Assembly: GCA_049325335.1 (NCBI GenBank)
Contig: JBMOMC010000001.1
Location: 160,001 to 224,000 of the forward strand
Reading direction: 5' to 3'
Length of the DNA: 64,000 bases
Source: Nitrospirota bacterium
Lineage (GTDB): Bacteria > Nitrospirota > Nitrospiria > 2-01-FULL-66-17
Under the pieces are notes generated by a model, which made no database searches, was not told the DNA's origin, and was given only the letters and a program-made list of their open reading frames with translations. The position numbers were made by a program, and so were the translations under genes. This document shows positions 27,067 to 37,655 of the stretch, one piece after another (the stretch's first letter is position 1; each line of letters opens with the position of its first letter).

Positions 27067-27445
27067 GAGGGTGTCCCAAGAGCCCCAACAGGGCCAATTT
27101 TTCTTGGAGGATCTCCTTGGTAAACGGCTTCATGATGTACTCGTTGGCGCCCTTGGTCATGGCGTGGACGATCTTTTCCATCTGATTATTCGTAGTCACC
27201 ATCACCACGGTGGGACGTTTGGGGAATTTATCGCGCATGGTGCGCAACGCCTCCAACAACTCGATGCCGGTCATTTCTGGCATATCCCAATCCAGCATGA
27301 CGAGCTCGATATCCTGATTGGCCAGGAGCTTGTCCAAGGCGTCTTTCCCGTGGATCGCCTCCATGGTCTGAAACCCCAGGTCCTTTAACATTTGACCGAG
27401 CAGCTTCCGGATCGGACCGGAGTCGTCGACGATCAATACTTTCAC
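27059..27445 (-). CDS. cheY: Second CheY-like single-domain response regulator
   Basis: LIVDDS, LDWDMPEMTG, MVTT, EYIMKPFTKEIL.EKL. Confidence 0.85.
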   Translation of the reverse strand: MKVLIVDDSGPIRKLLGQMLKDLGFQTMEAIHGKDALDKLLANQDIELVMLDWDMPEMTGIELLEALRTMRDKFPKRPTVVMVTTNNQMEKIVHAMTKGANEYIMKPFTKEILQEKLALLGLLGHPRG

Positions 27446-27529
27446 GTGAGACCTCCTACGGACAGCCCTGTTGTACGCACCGGCGCCCGCGCCGTTCGCG
27501 AACCCTCGGCATGCCTCGCGTGCTCGCGG

Positions 27530-28999
27530 TTACGCGGCGCGCCGTCGGACACCGTGCTGTTCTCCCCGCGGATCGGCCGCAGCATGACCGCGGAACTCTC
27601 CGATCAGCCCATCCAACTCCCCGGCCATCTTGGCGAGGCCTTGGCTGGCGGCCAGGACGTTCGCCGCGCCCTCGGTGGTGCCGCGCGAGGCGGTCGCTAC
27701 GCCCGCGATGTTCTCCACCACCTCGCCCGTGCCCCGCGCCGCCTCCGCCACGCTCCGGCTGATCTCCGTGGTCGTCGCCGCCTGCTCTTCCACCGCCCCC
27801 GCGATCGTGGTCGCAATTTCGTTGATCCGCCCGATGATGCCCCCGATCTCCCCGATCGCCGTCACCGCGCCCTGCGTGTCCGCTTGGATCGCGTCGATCT
27901 TGCGTTCGATCTCCTCGGTGGCCTTGGCGGTTTCCTTGGCCAACTCTTTGACCTCATTGGCCACCACCGCGAACCCCTTGCCCGCCTCGCCCGCCCGCGC
28001 CGCCTCGATCGTGGCGTTGAGCGCCAACAGGTTGGTCTGCTGCGCGATCGACGTGATCACTTTGATCACTTTCCCGATCTCCGCGCTCGATTCGCCCAAT
28101 TTCCCGATCGTGCGGTTGGTGCTTTCGCTGACCTGCACGGCTTGCGCGGTGACGCGGGTCGCGTCCTGCACGTTTTTGGAGATCTCTTTGATCGTCGCGG
28201 TCATCTCTTCCGCCGCGGTCGCCACGCTCTGTACGTTCTGGTTGGTCTGCTCGCTCGCCGTGGAGACCGTGCTCGCCTTCGCCGTCGCGTCCTCCGAACT
28301 AAGGCGCAACTGCTGGCTGGAGGCCGAGAGTTCTTCCGACGCGGCCGCGAGATGCCCGGCCACCTCGGTGATCCGTGTGAGCAGGCGTTTGAAATCGGCC
28401 TGCTCCTCCTGCAGTTTGTGTTGCTCAGCGAGTTGCTGTGAGACGACGTTCGCGATGTAGGTGTCGATCGCCAACTCCATGTCGAAGAAAACGACCTTCA
28501 TCACCGACTGAAGCGCCTGGAGGAGTTCCCCCTCTCCGCGAGCGCTCCTGCGCCACCCGCTCGCGCCGAATTCCTCGAACAACGCTTGCGTGACCAACCG
28601 CAGATAGAGGTTGTACGCGCCGAGGTACCACTGGGGCGTGATGTTTTCCCGAACGTGGGTCAGGCCGATCTTGACCCGATCCTCCACGTAGTCGCGATCG
28701 TATCGTCCGTCAAAGAGTTGCGAGAAATACGCTTTCTGGACGCCTTTGAGCCGACGCACCGTCGCCTCATTCGGCAGATGCGCCGCCGTATCCTGAAATC
28801 GCAGAAAGTGCTCGTACATCGTGTCGATGATGTGATCGACCTTGGAGGCCAACTTCGGGCCGATGCGCTGCAGGCGCTCCGCGTCGGCCGAACCGAATTC
28901 CAGAAAGTCCTTGCGGGTCTGCACCCCCCGCTGGTCGTGGAGATCGGACAACCCGCCCGTCCCGGCCGTCTCGGCCCCATCATCGTGTGTGGCTCTCAT
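27530..28999 (-). CDS. Soluble globin-coupled chemoreceptor (HemAT-like protoglobin + MCP signal domain)
   Basis: IIDTMYEHF (B10 Tyr), [10 protein letters not shown] (proximal His), [46 protein letters not shown]; no TM segment. Confidence 0.9.
   Translation of the reverse strand: MRATHDDGAETAGTGGLSDLHDQRGVQTRKDFLEFGSADAERLQRIGPKLASKVDHIIDTMYEHFLRFQDTAAHLPNEATVRRLKGVQKAYFSQLFDGRYDRDYVEDRVKIGLTHVRENITPQWYLGAYNLYLRLVTQALFEEFGASGWRRSARGEGELLQALQSVMKVVFFDMELAIDTYIANVVSQQLAEQHKLQEEQADFKRLLTRITEVAGHLAAASEELSASSQQLRLSSEDATAKASTVSTASEQTNQNVQSVATAAEEMTATIKEISKNVQDATRVTAQAVQVSESTNRTIGKLGESSAEIGKVIKVITSIAQQTNLLALNATIEAARAGEAGKGFAVVANEVKELAKETAKATEEIERKIDAIQADTQGAVTAIGEIGGIIGRINEIATTIAGAVEEQAATTTEISRSVAEAARGTGEVVENIAGVATASRGTTEGAANVLAASQGLAKMAGELDGLIGEFRGHAAADPRGEQHGVRRRAA
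27642..28350. repeat. Direct repeat copy 1 (709 bp, MCP signalling domain)
   Basis: Apparently identical to 29226-29934 (offset 1584) by eye. Confidence 0.88.
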
Positions 29000-29149
29000 G
29001 TCGCCTCCCTGGCTCCTGGTCTTCCAATGGACATTCCCTCCTCCGTGAGCCGCGGCCCGCTCGTTCAGGCCGCCATTCACCGTCGGGCATGCCCGCCATG
29101 GTCTCGGTCGCCTCGCGGGCGCCCCGCGAGGGTCACAACCTCATGCCGC

Positions 29150-31126
29150 CTACGCGGCCTTGCGTTGCAAATCGTTGATGTCCGCCACCATGGTGCGGAG
29201 CGCGCCGGCCATTTGGGCGAGGCTCTGGCTGGCGGCCAGGACGTTCGCCGCGCCCTCGGTGGTGCCGCGCGAGGCGGTCGCTACGCCCGCGATGTTCTCC
29301 ACCACCTCGCCCGTGCCCCGCGCCGCCTCCGCCACGCTCCGGCTGATCTCCGTGGTCGTCGCCGCCTGCTCTTCCACCGCCCCCGCGATCGTGGTCGCAA
29401 TTTCGTTGATCCGCCCGATGATGCCCCCGATCTCCCCGATCGCCGTCACCGCGCCCTGCGTGTCCGCTTGGATCGCGTCGATCTTGCGTTCGATCTCCTC
29501 GGTGGCCTTGGCGGTTTCCTTGGCCAACTCTTTGACCTCATTGGCCACCACCGCGAACCCCTTGCCCGCCTCGCCCGCCCGCGCCGCCTCGATCGTGGCG
29601 TTGAGCGCCAACAGGTTGGTCTGCTGCGCGATCGACGTGATCACTTTGATCACTTTCCCGATCTCCGCGCTCGATTCGCCCAATTTCCCGATCGTGCGGT
29701 TGGTGCTTTCGCTGACCTGCACGGCTTGCGCGGTGACGCGGGTCGCGTCCTGCACGTTTTTGGAGATCTCTTTGATCGTCGCGGTCATCTCTTCCGCCGC
29801 GGTCGCCACGCTCTGTACGTTCTGGTTGGTCTGCTCGCTCGCCGTGGAGACCGTGCTCGCCTTCGCCGTCGCGTCCTCCGAACTAAGGCGCAACTGCTGG
29901 CTGGAGGCCGAGAGTTCTTCCGACGCGGCCGCGACCGACTCGGCCATTTGCGACATACTCTCCTTGAGACGCGCCTCGGCCGTGGCCACGGTCCACGACG
30001 CCATGGTGCCGATACGCTGGTGTTTGTCGTCCATGATCGCGTTGACGGTGATCTCGAGCACCTCGCCGCCCACCCGAATCGTGGCGCTGTGCGGGAGGTT
30101 CTTGGGATCGGCCAGGATCCGGCGCGCCCGCGCCGGATCCTGGTGAAACACGTCGATGTTCTGGCCCAAGAGTTTCTCCGGCGGCACCGGCAGCGAACTC
30201 GCCAACGCCCGGAACGTTTTCGCGGCCGCGGGGTTCATGTACGTGAGTTTCATTTCCCGGTCGGCCAGCATCAGATTGATCGGCGCGTTTTCCACCAAGG
30301 CCGTGAGTTGCGCCATCCGCGTGCGTTGCGCGTCGGCTTGCCGCAACCCGCCCACCATCGACGCGAAGCTGCGCGCCAAGACCCCGGCTTCGTCCGTGCT
30401 TTCGGCCGTAATGTCCACCGACAAGTCGCCGGTCGCGATTTGTTTCGCCGCCTCGGCCATCCGGTGCAACGGCCTGGCAATGGCGTTCCCCAGAAATACC
30501 GCCAAACTGACACCGATGACGATTGCCCCGATAGTTATCGCCATGAATACTGTCACAACACGTGCGTAGTCGCGTCGGGATTGTACGACGAGGTTGGCGG
30601 CCTGCTTCTCCTGCAACGCCATCAGTTCACCCAGGAGGTTATCCATGGCCGCAGCCCGTTGCTCATTCTTCGCGAACGCTTCACCCTCCGAGCGCGACGC
30701 CGCCTTACCCGAGGTCAAGCCTGGGAGTATCTTTGTCCCGCGGTCGGCGTGGAATTCGCGCCACAGCGCTTGCCACTCGACGACCTTCTTGCCGATGTCG
30801 GTTCCGGCGCCGTTCCCGGCCTTCAATTCTTCAAACGCGGCGTCAACCTTGTCGCTCGATTCCTTAATGGCTTGTACCATCTGCTGCTGGACTTCACGAT
30901 CCGACCCGACCATCGTCGACATGAGTTGCGCTTGGGCGTGGAGTTCGGTCTGAATTGCAAGACCGGTGGTCAAGGTCAAGAGGCTATTATGCAACTCCCC
31001 TTGTGAACGGTTCAGTCGGAGAATCTGGCCATAGGCCACCGCCACGACCACCAAAATCACGGCGATCAATAGGCCGAACCCCACGAACAACTTGCTCTTG
31101 GTCTGTAAGTTACGAAACCATCGCAT
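29150..31126 (-). CDS. Transmembrane MCP: periplasmic helical domain, HAMP, Aer2-like PAS, MCP signal domain
   Basis: Two TM segments; HAMP (IARPL...IATGDLS...[10 protein letters not shown]); PAS with NIDVFH and C-terminal SW; MCP hairpin motif. Confidence 0.9.
   Translation of the reverse strand: MRWFRNLQTKSKLFVGFGLLIAVILVVVAVAYGQILRLNRSQGELHNSLLTLTTGLAIQTELHAQAQLMSTMVGSDREVQQQMVQAIKESSDKVDAAFEELKAGNGAGTDIGKKVVEWQALWREFHADRGTKILPGLTSGKAASRSEGEAFAKNEQRAAAMDNLLGELMALQEKQAANLVVQSRRDYARVVTVFMAITIGAIVIGVSLAVFLGNAIARPLHRMAEAAKQIATGDLSVDITAESTDEAGVLARSFASMVGGLRQADAQRTRMAQLTALVENAPINLMLADREMKLTYMNPAAAKTFRALASSLPVPPEKLLGQNIDVFHQDPARARRILADPKNLPHSATIRVGGEVLEITVNAIMDDKHQRIGTMASWTVATAEARLKESMSQMAESVAAASEELSASSQQLRLSSEDATAKASTVSTASEQTNQNVQSVATAAEEMTATIKEISKNVQDATRVTAQAVQVSESTNRTIGKLGESSAEIGKVIKVITSIAQQTNLLALNATIEAARAGEAGKGFAVVANEVKELAKETAKATEEIERKIDAIQADTQGAVTAIGEIGGIIGRINEIATTIAGAVEEQAATTTEISRSVAEAARGTGEVVENIAGVATASRGTTEGAANVLAASQSLAQMAGALRTMVADINDLQRKAA
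29226..29934. repeat. Direct repeat copy 2 (709 bp, MCP signalling domain)
   Basis: Apparently identical to 27642-28350 by eye. Confidence 0.88.
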
Positions 31127-31170
31127 CGCGTCCTCCTGGCGTCATCCCGCCCTGTCAAGCCATCAGGTTC

Positions 31171-31671
31171 TCACGCGCCGACCGCGATCCGCGTGGCCGC
31201 GTCGGTATTGAGCGCGAGCAACAAACAATCCTTGAGTTTGTACACGCCGTCGATCACCTCCCGCAGCCGCTCATCCACGGTTTCCGGCGGCGGGGTAAAC
31301 AGATCCGGAGGTACTTCGATGACGTCTCCGATTTTGTCCACCAGCAAACTGACTCGGCCGCCCGCGGTCTGGACCACCAGGTTCATGGACGCGCTCCCGT
31401 CCGGCAACGCAGGAAATCCCAACCGCGTCCGCAGATCGAGGGCCATGACGATCTGTCCGCGCAAATTGATGAGCCCGGACACCACGGGCGAGGACAACGG
31501 CACGCGGGTCATCTCCTGGGCGGTGAGCACTTCCTGGACCTCCAACACCGGAACCCCCAGCACATGGCGGTCCAACACAAACGTCGCGTACTGCAGGGTG
31601 CGACCGCGCCGGCGATCCGGGCCGCGCGCCTTGTCGTTCGAGGGAATCATCGGTGACGCCTGCGCCTCCAT
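31171..31671 (-). CDS. cheW: CheW adaptor
   Basis: VQEVL...TRVPL...GLINLRGQIV..LDLR..LG; LLVDKIGDV. Confidence 0.93.
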   Translation of the reverse strand: MEAQASPMIPSNDKARGPDRRRGRTLQYATFVLDRHVLGVPVLEVQEVLTAQEMTRVPLSSPVVSGLINLRGQIVMALDLRTRLGFPALPDGSASMNLVVQTAGGRVSLLVDKIGDVIEVPPDLFTPPPETVDERLREVIDGVYKLKDCLLLALNTDAATRIAVGA

Positions 31672-31707
31672 GCGTGCTCTCCTACTCCCCGTTGCGCAGC
31701 GGGTTCA

Positions 31708-34035
31708 TCATGCCGCGAGCGGCTGCTCGATCCAGCCCGGCTCCACCCCGTCGATGACTTGATCGATATCCAATAGGTCGGTGGTCAGCCCATCGATCAC
31801 CATCGACCCGCGGACCCCGGTTTTCCCGGACGGGGGCGTGTAGAGCGTCAGATGCACGTCCACCACGTCCAGAATCCGTCCCACGACCAGCCCGATACTC
31901 TTGCCCCGACGAGAAAATACGATCGCGGGCACGCGATCGCCGGGCTCGCTCGCGCCAGACACGCCGATCGCGTGATCAAGCCGCACCAACGGCATGAGAT
32001 CGCCCCGGTACTGAATGACGTCCCGGCCCGCCGCATGTTCGATCCGGTCGGCCGCGAACTCCTCCAGCCGTGCCACCTCGGCCAGCGGCACCGCAAACCG
32101 GTCGCGTCCGGACAAAGAAAACGTCAACACGGTTTGCCGTTCGGTTCCGTTGCCGGTTTTGACTTCGTCGCCGCCTTTGACCTCGTGTTTGTCCTCGCCG
32201 CGTTGCAGAAGCTTGCCCTCCCTGGCGATCCCCATCACGTCCAGAATCAACGCCACTTTCCCGTCGCCGAGAATGGTGGCCCCCGCGAACACCGACAACC
32301 CTTTGAGTTGCGCGTCGAGCGGCTTGACCACGATTTCTTCGCTATCGTTGACTTCGTCCACCACCAAACCGAACGACCGCCCGCCCGTGCCCAATACGAC
32401 GATATTGGTCTCGCGCAGCTCGGCGTGGCGTTCGCCCTCCGCGGGCGCGGCCCGACGCGGCAGTCGAAAGAGGTGATCCAGGCGCACCAACGGCAGCAAG
32501 GCGCCGCGCAGCCGGAAGAATTCGGCGCCGCGGATTTCTTCGATCCGCTCGCCCGCGTCCTCGTCCACGCCCACCAGCTCCTGCAAACTGGCCTGTGGGA
32601 TCGCGAACCGTTCACCCGCCGCGGTGACCATCAACGCCGGCACGATCGCCAGGGTCAGCGGAATCTTGATCTTGAACGTGGTGCCCTGTTTGAGCCAACT
32701 GGTGATCTCGATCGCGCCGCCGATTTTTTCGATGTTGGTCTTGACCACGTCCATGCCCACGCCGCGGCCCGACACATTGGTCACCTTTTCGGCGGTGGAC
32801 AATCCGGCGTGGAAAATCAAACTCATGGCCTCGCGTTCGGACAGGTGGTTGGCCGTGTCCTGCGAGATCAGGCCCTTTTCCACGGCCTTGCGTTTGACCT
32901 TCTCCACGTCGATGCCGCCCCCGTCGTCCGTGATTTCAATGGTGATTTGCCCGCCCTCGTGGGAGGCTTTCATGTGCAGGATGCCCTTGGCCGCCTTGCC
33001 CCGGCCCTCCCGCACCGCCGGCGTTTCGATCCCGTGGTCCACCGAGTTGCGCACAATGTGCGTCAGCGGATCCTTGATCGCCTCGAGCAACGTGCGATCC
33101 AGCTCGGTTTCCGCGCCCTCCATCACCAGCTCGATCTCCTTGCCGCTCGTCCGGGCCAAATCCCGCACCACGCGGGGGAATTTTTCCCACACGTTCCGGA
33201 TGGGCTGCATGCGGGTCTTCATCACCGCGTCCTGCAGCTCGGTGGTGATCAGGTTCACGCGCTGGGCCGTGACGATCCCCGCGGCGTCTTCCTGTTCGCG
33301 CACGCGTTGGAGCAATTGATTGCGGGCCAGCACCAGCTCTCCGACCAGGTTCATCAGCCTGTCCAACAGGCCCACGTCCACCCGGATCGAGGACTCACTC
33401 GCGTGGAGTCCTTTGTTTGGGCCGGCCGCGCTCGGGTGCTCGGATCCCTGGCCGTCGCCCTCCTTGGCTTTGGCCTCTTCCTCATGTTTGGACACGGTGG
33501 TGGTTGCCGGAGGCGCGGCGGGCACGGGCACGGCCGGCGGTTCAGGGCTCGGCGCGGGTGTCACCGGAGTGGTCGCTGCGGCGGCCGGCTCGGGGGGCGT
33601 CGCCAGCGGGGTCGGAAGGGCCGGTGGGGCGGGCGCCGGCGCGGCCGCGCCGGACGCCAACACCGCGTCCAAGGTTTGGCGAACCTCGCCGTACTCCTTG
33701 GCCGGTTCCTTGCCGGTTCCTTCCAATGTTTCCAGGATTTCTTTGATGACGTCCACCGCCCCCAGCAGCACGGTGATGCGTTCGGGGGTGACCGAGAGTT
33801 TGCGGTCGCGCATTTTCGCGAGCACGTTCTCCGCGCCATGCGCCACGTTTTCGAGTTTGGGCAGTCCGAGGAACCCGCACGTGCCTTTGATCGTGTGAAT
33901 CGTGCGGAAAATACTGGCTAATAGGCTCGTGCTGTCGGGGTCCGCTTCGAGCGCGACGAACTCCTGATCCAGGCGCCCCACGCCTTCGGCGCACTCAACA
34001 AGAAATTCCTTGAGGATACTCTCGTCTTGATCCAT
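31708..34035 (-). CDS. cheA: Chemotaxis kinase CheA with two C-terminal CheW-like domains
   Basis: IFRTIHTIKG (HPt), HIVRNSVDHGIE, DDGGG, SGRGVGMDVV, KIPLTLAI, then two CheW-like domains; start ATG 34035. Confidence 0.96.
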   Translation of the reverse strand: MDQDESILKEFLVECAEGVGRLDQEFVALEADPDSTSLLASIFRTIHTIKGTCGFLGLPKLENVAHGAENVLAKMRDRKLSVTPERITVLLGAVDVIKEILETLEGTGKEPAKEYGEVRQTLDAVLASGAAAPAPAPPALPTPLATPPEPAAAATTPVTPAPSPEPPAVPVPAAPPATTTVSKHEEEAKAKEGDGQGSEHPSAAGPNKGLHASESSIRVDVGLLDRLMNLVGELVLARNQLLQRVREQEDAAGIVTAQRVNLITTELQDAVMKTRMQPIRNVWEKFPRVVRDLARTSGKEIELVMEGAETELDRTLLEAIKDPLTHIVRNSVDHGIETPAVREGRGKAAKGILHMKASHEGGQITIEITDDGGGIDVEKVKRKAVEKGLISQDTANHLSEREAMSLIFHAGLSTAEKVTNVSGRGVGMDVVKTNIEKIGGAIEITSWLKQGTTFKIKIPLTLAIVPALMVTAAGERFAIPQASLQELVGVDEDAGERIEEIRGAEFFRLRGALLPLVRLDHLFRLPRRAAPAEGERHAELRETNIVVLGTGGRSFGLVVDEVNDSEEIVVKPLDAQLKGLSVFAGATILGDGKVALILDVMGIAREGKLLQRGEDKHEVKGGDEVKTGNGTERQTVLTFSLSGRDRFAVPLAEVARLEEFAADRIEHAAGRDVIQYRGDLMPLVRLDHAIGVSGASEPGDRVPAIVFSRRGKSIGLVVGRILDVVDVHLTLYTPPSGKTGVRGSMVIDGLTTDLLDIDQVIDGVEPGWIEQPLAA

Positions 34036-34068
34036 GGTTCGCTCCGTGCTCAGATCGGCCCTGTTCCT

Positions 34069-34096
34069 GAATCGGCAGAGCCGACTCAAATCTTTA
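34069..34096 (-). promoter_or_regulatory. Putative sigma28 promoter of the cheA operon
   Basis: TAAAG-N15-GCCGATTC, about 35 bp upstream of cheA. Confidence 0.7.
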
Positions 34097-35419
34097 GGCG
34101 GCCCGTGCTGAGCGGATGTACACGTCCTCCCCCACCGGATCCAGTTGGTGAAACGACAGAATCTTCTGGAGGTGAGCCGGAGTCAGCTTTGTCCCGCCGG
34201 CCATCAACAACACGCCCTTACTGGTCATCAGATCCCGCGCCAACACCATGCCTTCGGCCAGGTCGCCCACCCCGACGCGCACTTCGCCGGGTTGTCGACC
34301 CGTGTCGCGACCCGCTACCACCCGGAACAAGGCTTCCACCACCACCGGATCGAAGCGCGAACCAGATTCGCGGCTCATGCACGCCAGGGCCTTGGTCAGC
34401 GGTATCCGGTTGACCACCTCGGCAGGATTCGCCAGACCTTCAAAGAAATCACACGCAGCCACCACCCGCGACGCCAGCGGAATATCATCGCCCGTGAGGC
34501 CGTCGGGGAATCCCCGACCGTCAAATCGCTCGTGGTGCGTCCGAATCACGACGGACACCGCCCGAAGCTGTTCAATGCCCTGGAGACTGGATTCCCCGAG
34601 AAAAGGATGTTTTTGCCAAAGGCTCCGGGCCAGATTGTCCATGTCGGTCTCGTGTTGCTTAAGGAGGTCATCCGGAAATCCGATCGCGCCGATATCCATC
34701 AGCAACGCCCCGATTTCACAATGGGACCGGTCCTCCTCGCTCAGGTTCATGTGCGCGGCAACTTGGGCCGCAAGCTCGGAGACCCGGCGGGCATGGCCGA
34801 CCAACGCGGGGCTCTTGAGTTCCATGATCCCCATAAACGCGCGGAGGGTCGCGGAAAAACTGACTTCCAGCCTGCGGTACAACACGGCAACATCGTGGTT
34901 CTTTTGCTCAAGCTCCGCGGTACGTTCCCGGACCTTGGCCTCCAACGCGCGTGTCGCCTCGAACATCTCCTGGTTCTGCTGCTTGACGAGGTCCGTGAGT
35001 TCACGGTTGAGCGCCATGACTTCGCACTGCCGAAGTGCCTGGCGGACCGTCAATCGCAAATCGTCGTCGTTCCAGGGCTTGGCGATGAACCGGTGGACCT
35101 CACACGCGTTGATGGCGTCCATCGCCGCTTGCATGTCCGCGTACCCGGAGAGCATCAAGCGAGCCGTCTGGGGCCGGAGTTGTTTGGCGCGCGCGAGGAA
35201 CACCGTCCCCGCCATCTCCGGCATCCGGTGATCGGAGATGATGAGGTCGATGGGCTGATTCTCAAGGAGCGCCAGGGCTTCGGCGGCGCTGGTCGTGGTG
35301 ACCACCTGGTAGGGTTCTTTTCGAAACACACGCTTGAGCGCGGAGAGGATGTTCTCTTCGTCATCCAGGCAGAGAATGGTGTGAGATTCGGTCAGTGCTG
35401 AATCGTCGCGTGGTTCCAT
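34094..35419 (-). CDS. REC + HD-GYP-like response regulator, degenerate HD motif
   Basis: CLDDE, ISDHRMP, KPW receiver; LLMDIGA in place of LLHDIGK; HHERFDGRGFPDGL; RVVAACD. Confidence 0.88.
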   Translation of the reverse strand: MEPRDDSALTESHTILCLDDEENILSALKRVFRKEPYQVVTTTSAAEALALLENQPIDLIISDHRMPEMAGTVFLARAKQLRPQTARLMLSGYADMQAAMDAINACEVHRFIAKPWNDDDLRLTVRQALRQCEVMALNRELTDLVKQQNQEMFEATRALEAKVRERTAELEQKNHDVAVLYRRLEVSFSATLRAFMGIMELKSPALVGHARRVSELAAQVAAHMNLSEEDRSHCEIGALLMDIGAIGFPDDLLKQHETDMDNLARSLWQKHPFLGESSLQGIEQLRAVSVVIRTHHERFDGRGFPDGLTGDDIPLASRVVAACDFFEGLANPAEVVNRIPLTKALACMSRESGSRFDPVVVEALFRVVAGRDTGRQPGEVRVGVGDLAEGMVLARDLMTSKGVLLMAGGTKLTPAHLQKILSFHQLDPVGEDVYIRSARAA

Positions 35420-35471
35420 CGTACGCTCCTAGCCGTTGCCCTCTGGGTAACCCTGTTCCGCCCTACCATCT

Positions 35472-37634
35472 TCATGCCGCCTGCACTCCCGGTTGGACGT
35501 CACTAGAAGCCGGTTTGGCGCCTCCCACCGGCAAGACCACGCGAAACCGCGTGCCTCGGCCTGGTTGGCTTTCTACCTCGATCGTGCCGCCGTGGTTGTG
35601 AACAATGCCGTACGAGATCGACAGACCTAACCCCGTACCCTTGCCCACGGGTTTGGTCGTAAAAAATGGGTCAAAAATCTTCTTGAGGTGCTCCGGAGCG
35701 ATTCCACTCCCGGTATCCTCCACCTCCGCCACCACGGACTGGGCTTGCACAAAGGTCCGGACCCAAATCGTTCCCTTGTCCTTGATCGCTTGCGCCGCGT
35801 TGACCAGCAGATTGACAAACACCTGATTGAGTTGCTGCGGATACCCCAGAATTTCAGGAATATCGCCCATCTCCTTGATAATGTCGGCCTTGTATTTCAA
35901 CTCGTTCCAAACAATCGCGAGCGTGCTCTCGATCCCTTGGTTAATGTTGACCCATGCCTGTTCCTGGCGGTCGACATGAGAAAACGTCTTGAGATTCTGC
36001 ACGATCTGGCGCACCCGATCGAGACCCTCGGAGGACTGCTGTACCAGCGTGGAGAGATCCTCCAGTAAGAACCCCATGTCGACTCGCTTGACCAGCTCGC
36101 GCGTCCGCTTGGCCTCGAGTGCGGCGGCCTCCATGCTCCCGGTTTCAACCGCCGCCAACAGGGTTTCATAGCCGCCGATCACCTGCACCAGGTCCTCGGT
36201 ATACTCCGCCAGGGTCCGTAGGTTGCTGCTCACGTAGCCGATCGGGTTATTGATTTCATGCGCCACCCCGGCGGCCAACTGCCCGATCGACGCCATTTTC
36301 TCGGACTGCAGGAGATGCCCCTGGGCTTCCTTGAGTTCCGCGTAGGCCTGTTGCAGCGCCTCCTCCGACTGCTTTCGCGCCGTGATGTCCTCGGCGATCC
36401 CGGTGATCCGATACACGTGTCCGTGTTCGTCCCGAATCGGGAAGGCCCGATCCAGAATCCAGCGCACCTCCCCGGTAGGCCGCACGATCCGATACTCTTC
36501 GTGGTACGCCCCGGTCACCTGTTTGGTCGTGGCCGCCTCCAACACCCGGGACCGATCCTCCGGATGAATGGCGTCGACCCATGCCTGCGGTGAGGCTAGG
36601 AGGATGTCGCGCGGACGACCCCAAATACCGTCGCAGGTCGGACTGATGTAGAGTATTTGGTTCGTGGTGGTGTCGGTCATCCAAAACACGGCATGGATAC
36701 TTTCCGTGACCTGGCGGAACCGCTCTTCGCTTTCCTGGAGTTGCTCTAAGGCCCGCCGGTGCTCCGTAATGTCGTCGACCGTCAACAGCATCCGCGCGGC
36801 GTCATCCTCGGTGCGCTCGATCGCGGTCCCAACCACGCGCAGGACGCGCACATCACCGGCACGGTTGTACGGCATGACCACGTCGCGTTGGGCGCCCACA
36901 GCCCCCAACAACTCCGCCAGGACGTCCCACCAATGCACGCCCGGCAACACCTCTTCCAGCGGTCGGCCTCGCAAATCCTCGTGAGTCCGCCCGATGATGT
37001 CGCGGACCTTGCGATTGGATGAGAGCACCAGGAGGTCGGCCGACAGCACGAACGTGCCGATCGGCACGCTGGCCATGACCTTCTCGATCGCTCGTTTGAG
37101 TTTCTCAACGGTTTGCAGTTTCGCGTAGACATACGTGTCGACCCCAATTCCCAGGTCCAGCAACACCACCTTCATGAAGGCGCCGAACGCGTCCACCGAC
37201 ATGCCGGGTGCCGGCTCGCGCGCCGACACCTCCTGGAGCAGGCTGGAGAGATATTTGGCGTACGCGCCGATGGAATACTTGGGCGCCAGGCCGAGACTCT
37301 GATGGACCAGGCCGATACGGATCCGATCCTCGACGTACGCCTGGTCATACTCCCCGGACGTGAGGCTGTCAAAATACGCGGCCTGCGCCTGCTGGACCCG
37401 CGCGAGCAACGCAGGATCGGTCAAAAACCGCGCCGTATCCTCAAAGGCCAGCAGGTGTCCGTAAAACGGCTCCAGGAGGCGCGGCGAGGCGGCTGCCAGG
37501 TGCGGCCGCAGGTTCCGTAACGTCTCAATCTCGTTGGGCCCGAGTTCCAGGAAGGCCTTACGGCTCGCGAGCTCGGCGGCATCGAGCCCGATCCCCTTGG
37601 CAATGGATTTGACTAGCTGATCTAACAGCCCCAT
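35472..37634 (-). CDS. Globin-coupled PAS-PAS sensor histidine kinase
   Basis: Protoglobin ([27 protein letters not shown]); two [37 protein letters not shown]. Confidence 0.9.
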   Translation of the reverse strand: MGLLDQLVKSIAKGIGLDAAELASRKAFLELGPNEIETLRNLRPHLAAASPRLLEPFYGHLLAFEDTARFLTDPALLARVQQAQAAYFDSLTSGEYDQAYVEDRIRIGLVHQSLGLAPKYSIGAYAKYLSSLLQEVSAREPAPGMSVDAFGAFMKVVLLDLGIGVDTYVYAKLQTVEKLKRAIEKVMASVPIGTFVLSADLLVLSSNRKVRDIIGRTHEDLRGRPLEEVLPGVHWWDVLAELLGAVGAQRDVVMPYNRAGDVRVLRVVGTAIERTEDDAARMLLTVDDITEHRRALEQLQESEERFRQVTESIHAVFWMTDTTTNQILYISPTCDGIWGRPRDILLASPQAWVDAIHPEDRSRVLEAATTKQVTGAYHEEYRIVRPTGEVRWILDRAFPIRDEHGHVYRITGIAEDITARKQSEEALQQAYAELKEAQGHLLQSEKMASIGQLAAGVAHEINNPIGYVSSNLRTLAEYTEDLVQVIGGYETLLAAVETGSMEAAALEAKRTRELVKRVDMGFLLEDLSTLVQQSSEGLDRVRQIVQNLKTFSHVDRQEQAWVNINQGIESTLAIVWNELKYKADIIKEMGDIPEILGYPQQLNQVFVNLLVNAAQAIKDKGTIWVRTFVQAQSVVAEVEDTGSGIAPEHLKKIFDPFFTTKPVGKGTGLGLSISYGIVHNHGGTIEVESQPGRGTRFRVVLPVGGAKPASSDVQPGVQAA

Positions 37635-37655
37635 CTCACGTTCTCATCGGCCTCG

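Noticed and set aside
29111..29131. Hairpin CCTCGCGGG-CGC-CCCGCGAGG between the MCP genes as a terminator or riboswitch
   Set aside because: No U-tract or aptamer features; GC-rich stems arise easily by chance.
27642..29934. Direct repeats as ends of a mobile element
   Set aside because: They are in-frame MCP coding domains; no transposase, integrase or terminal inverted repeats nearby.
28586..31006. 806-aa plus-strand ORF, and similar long antisense ORFs (31852-33921, 44207-45997, 46653-48218, 60474-61952)
   Set aside because: Shadow ORFs opposite well-supported genes in GC-rich DNA; Arg/Ala-rich with no recognisable motifs.
37644..37651. GCCGATGA as a sigma28 -10 before the globin kinase
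   Set aside because: No matching -35 and too close to the start codon.
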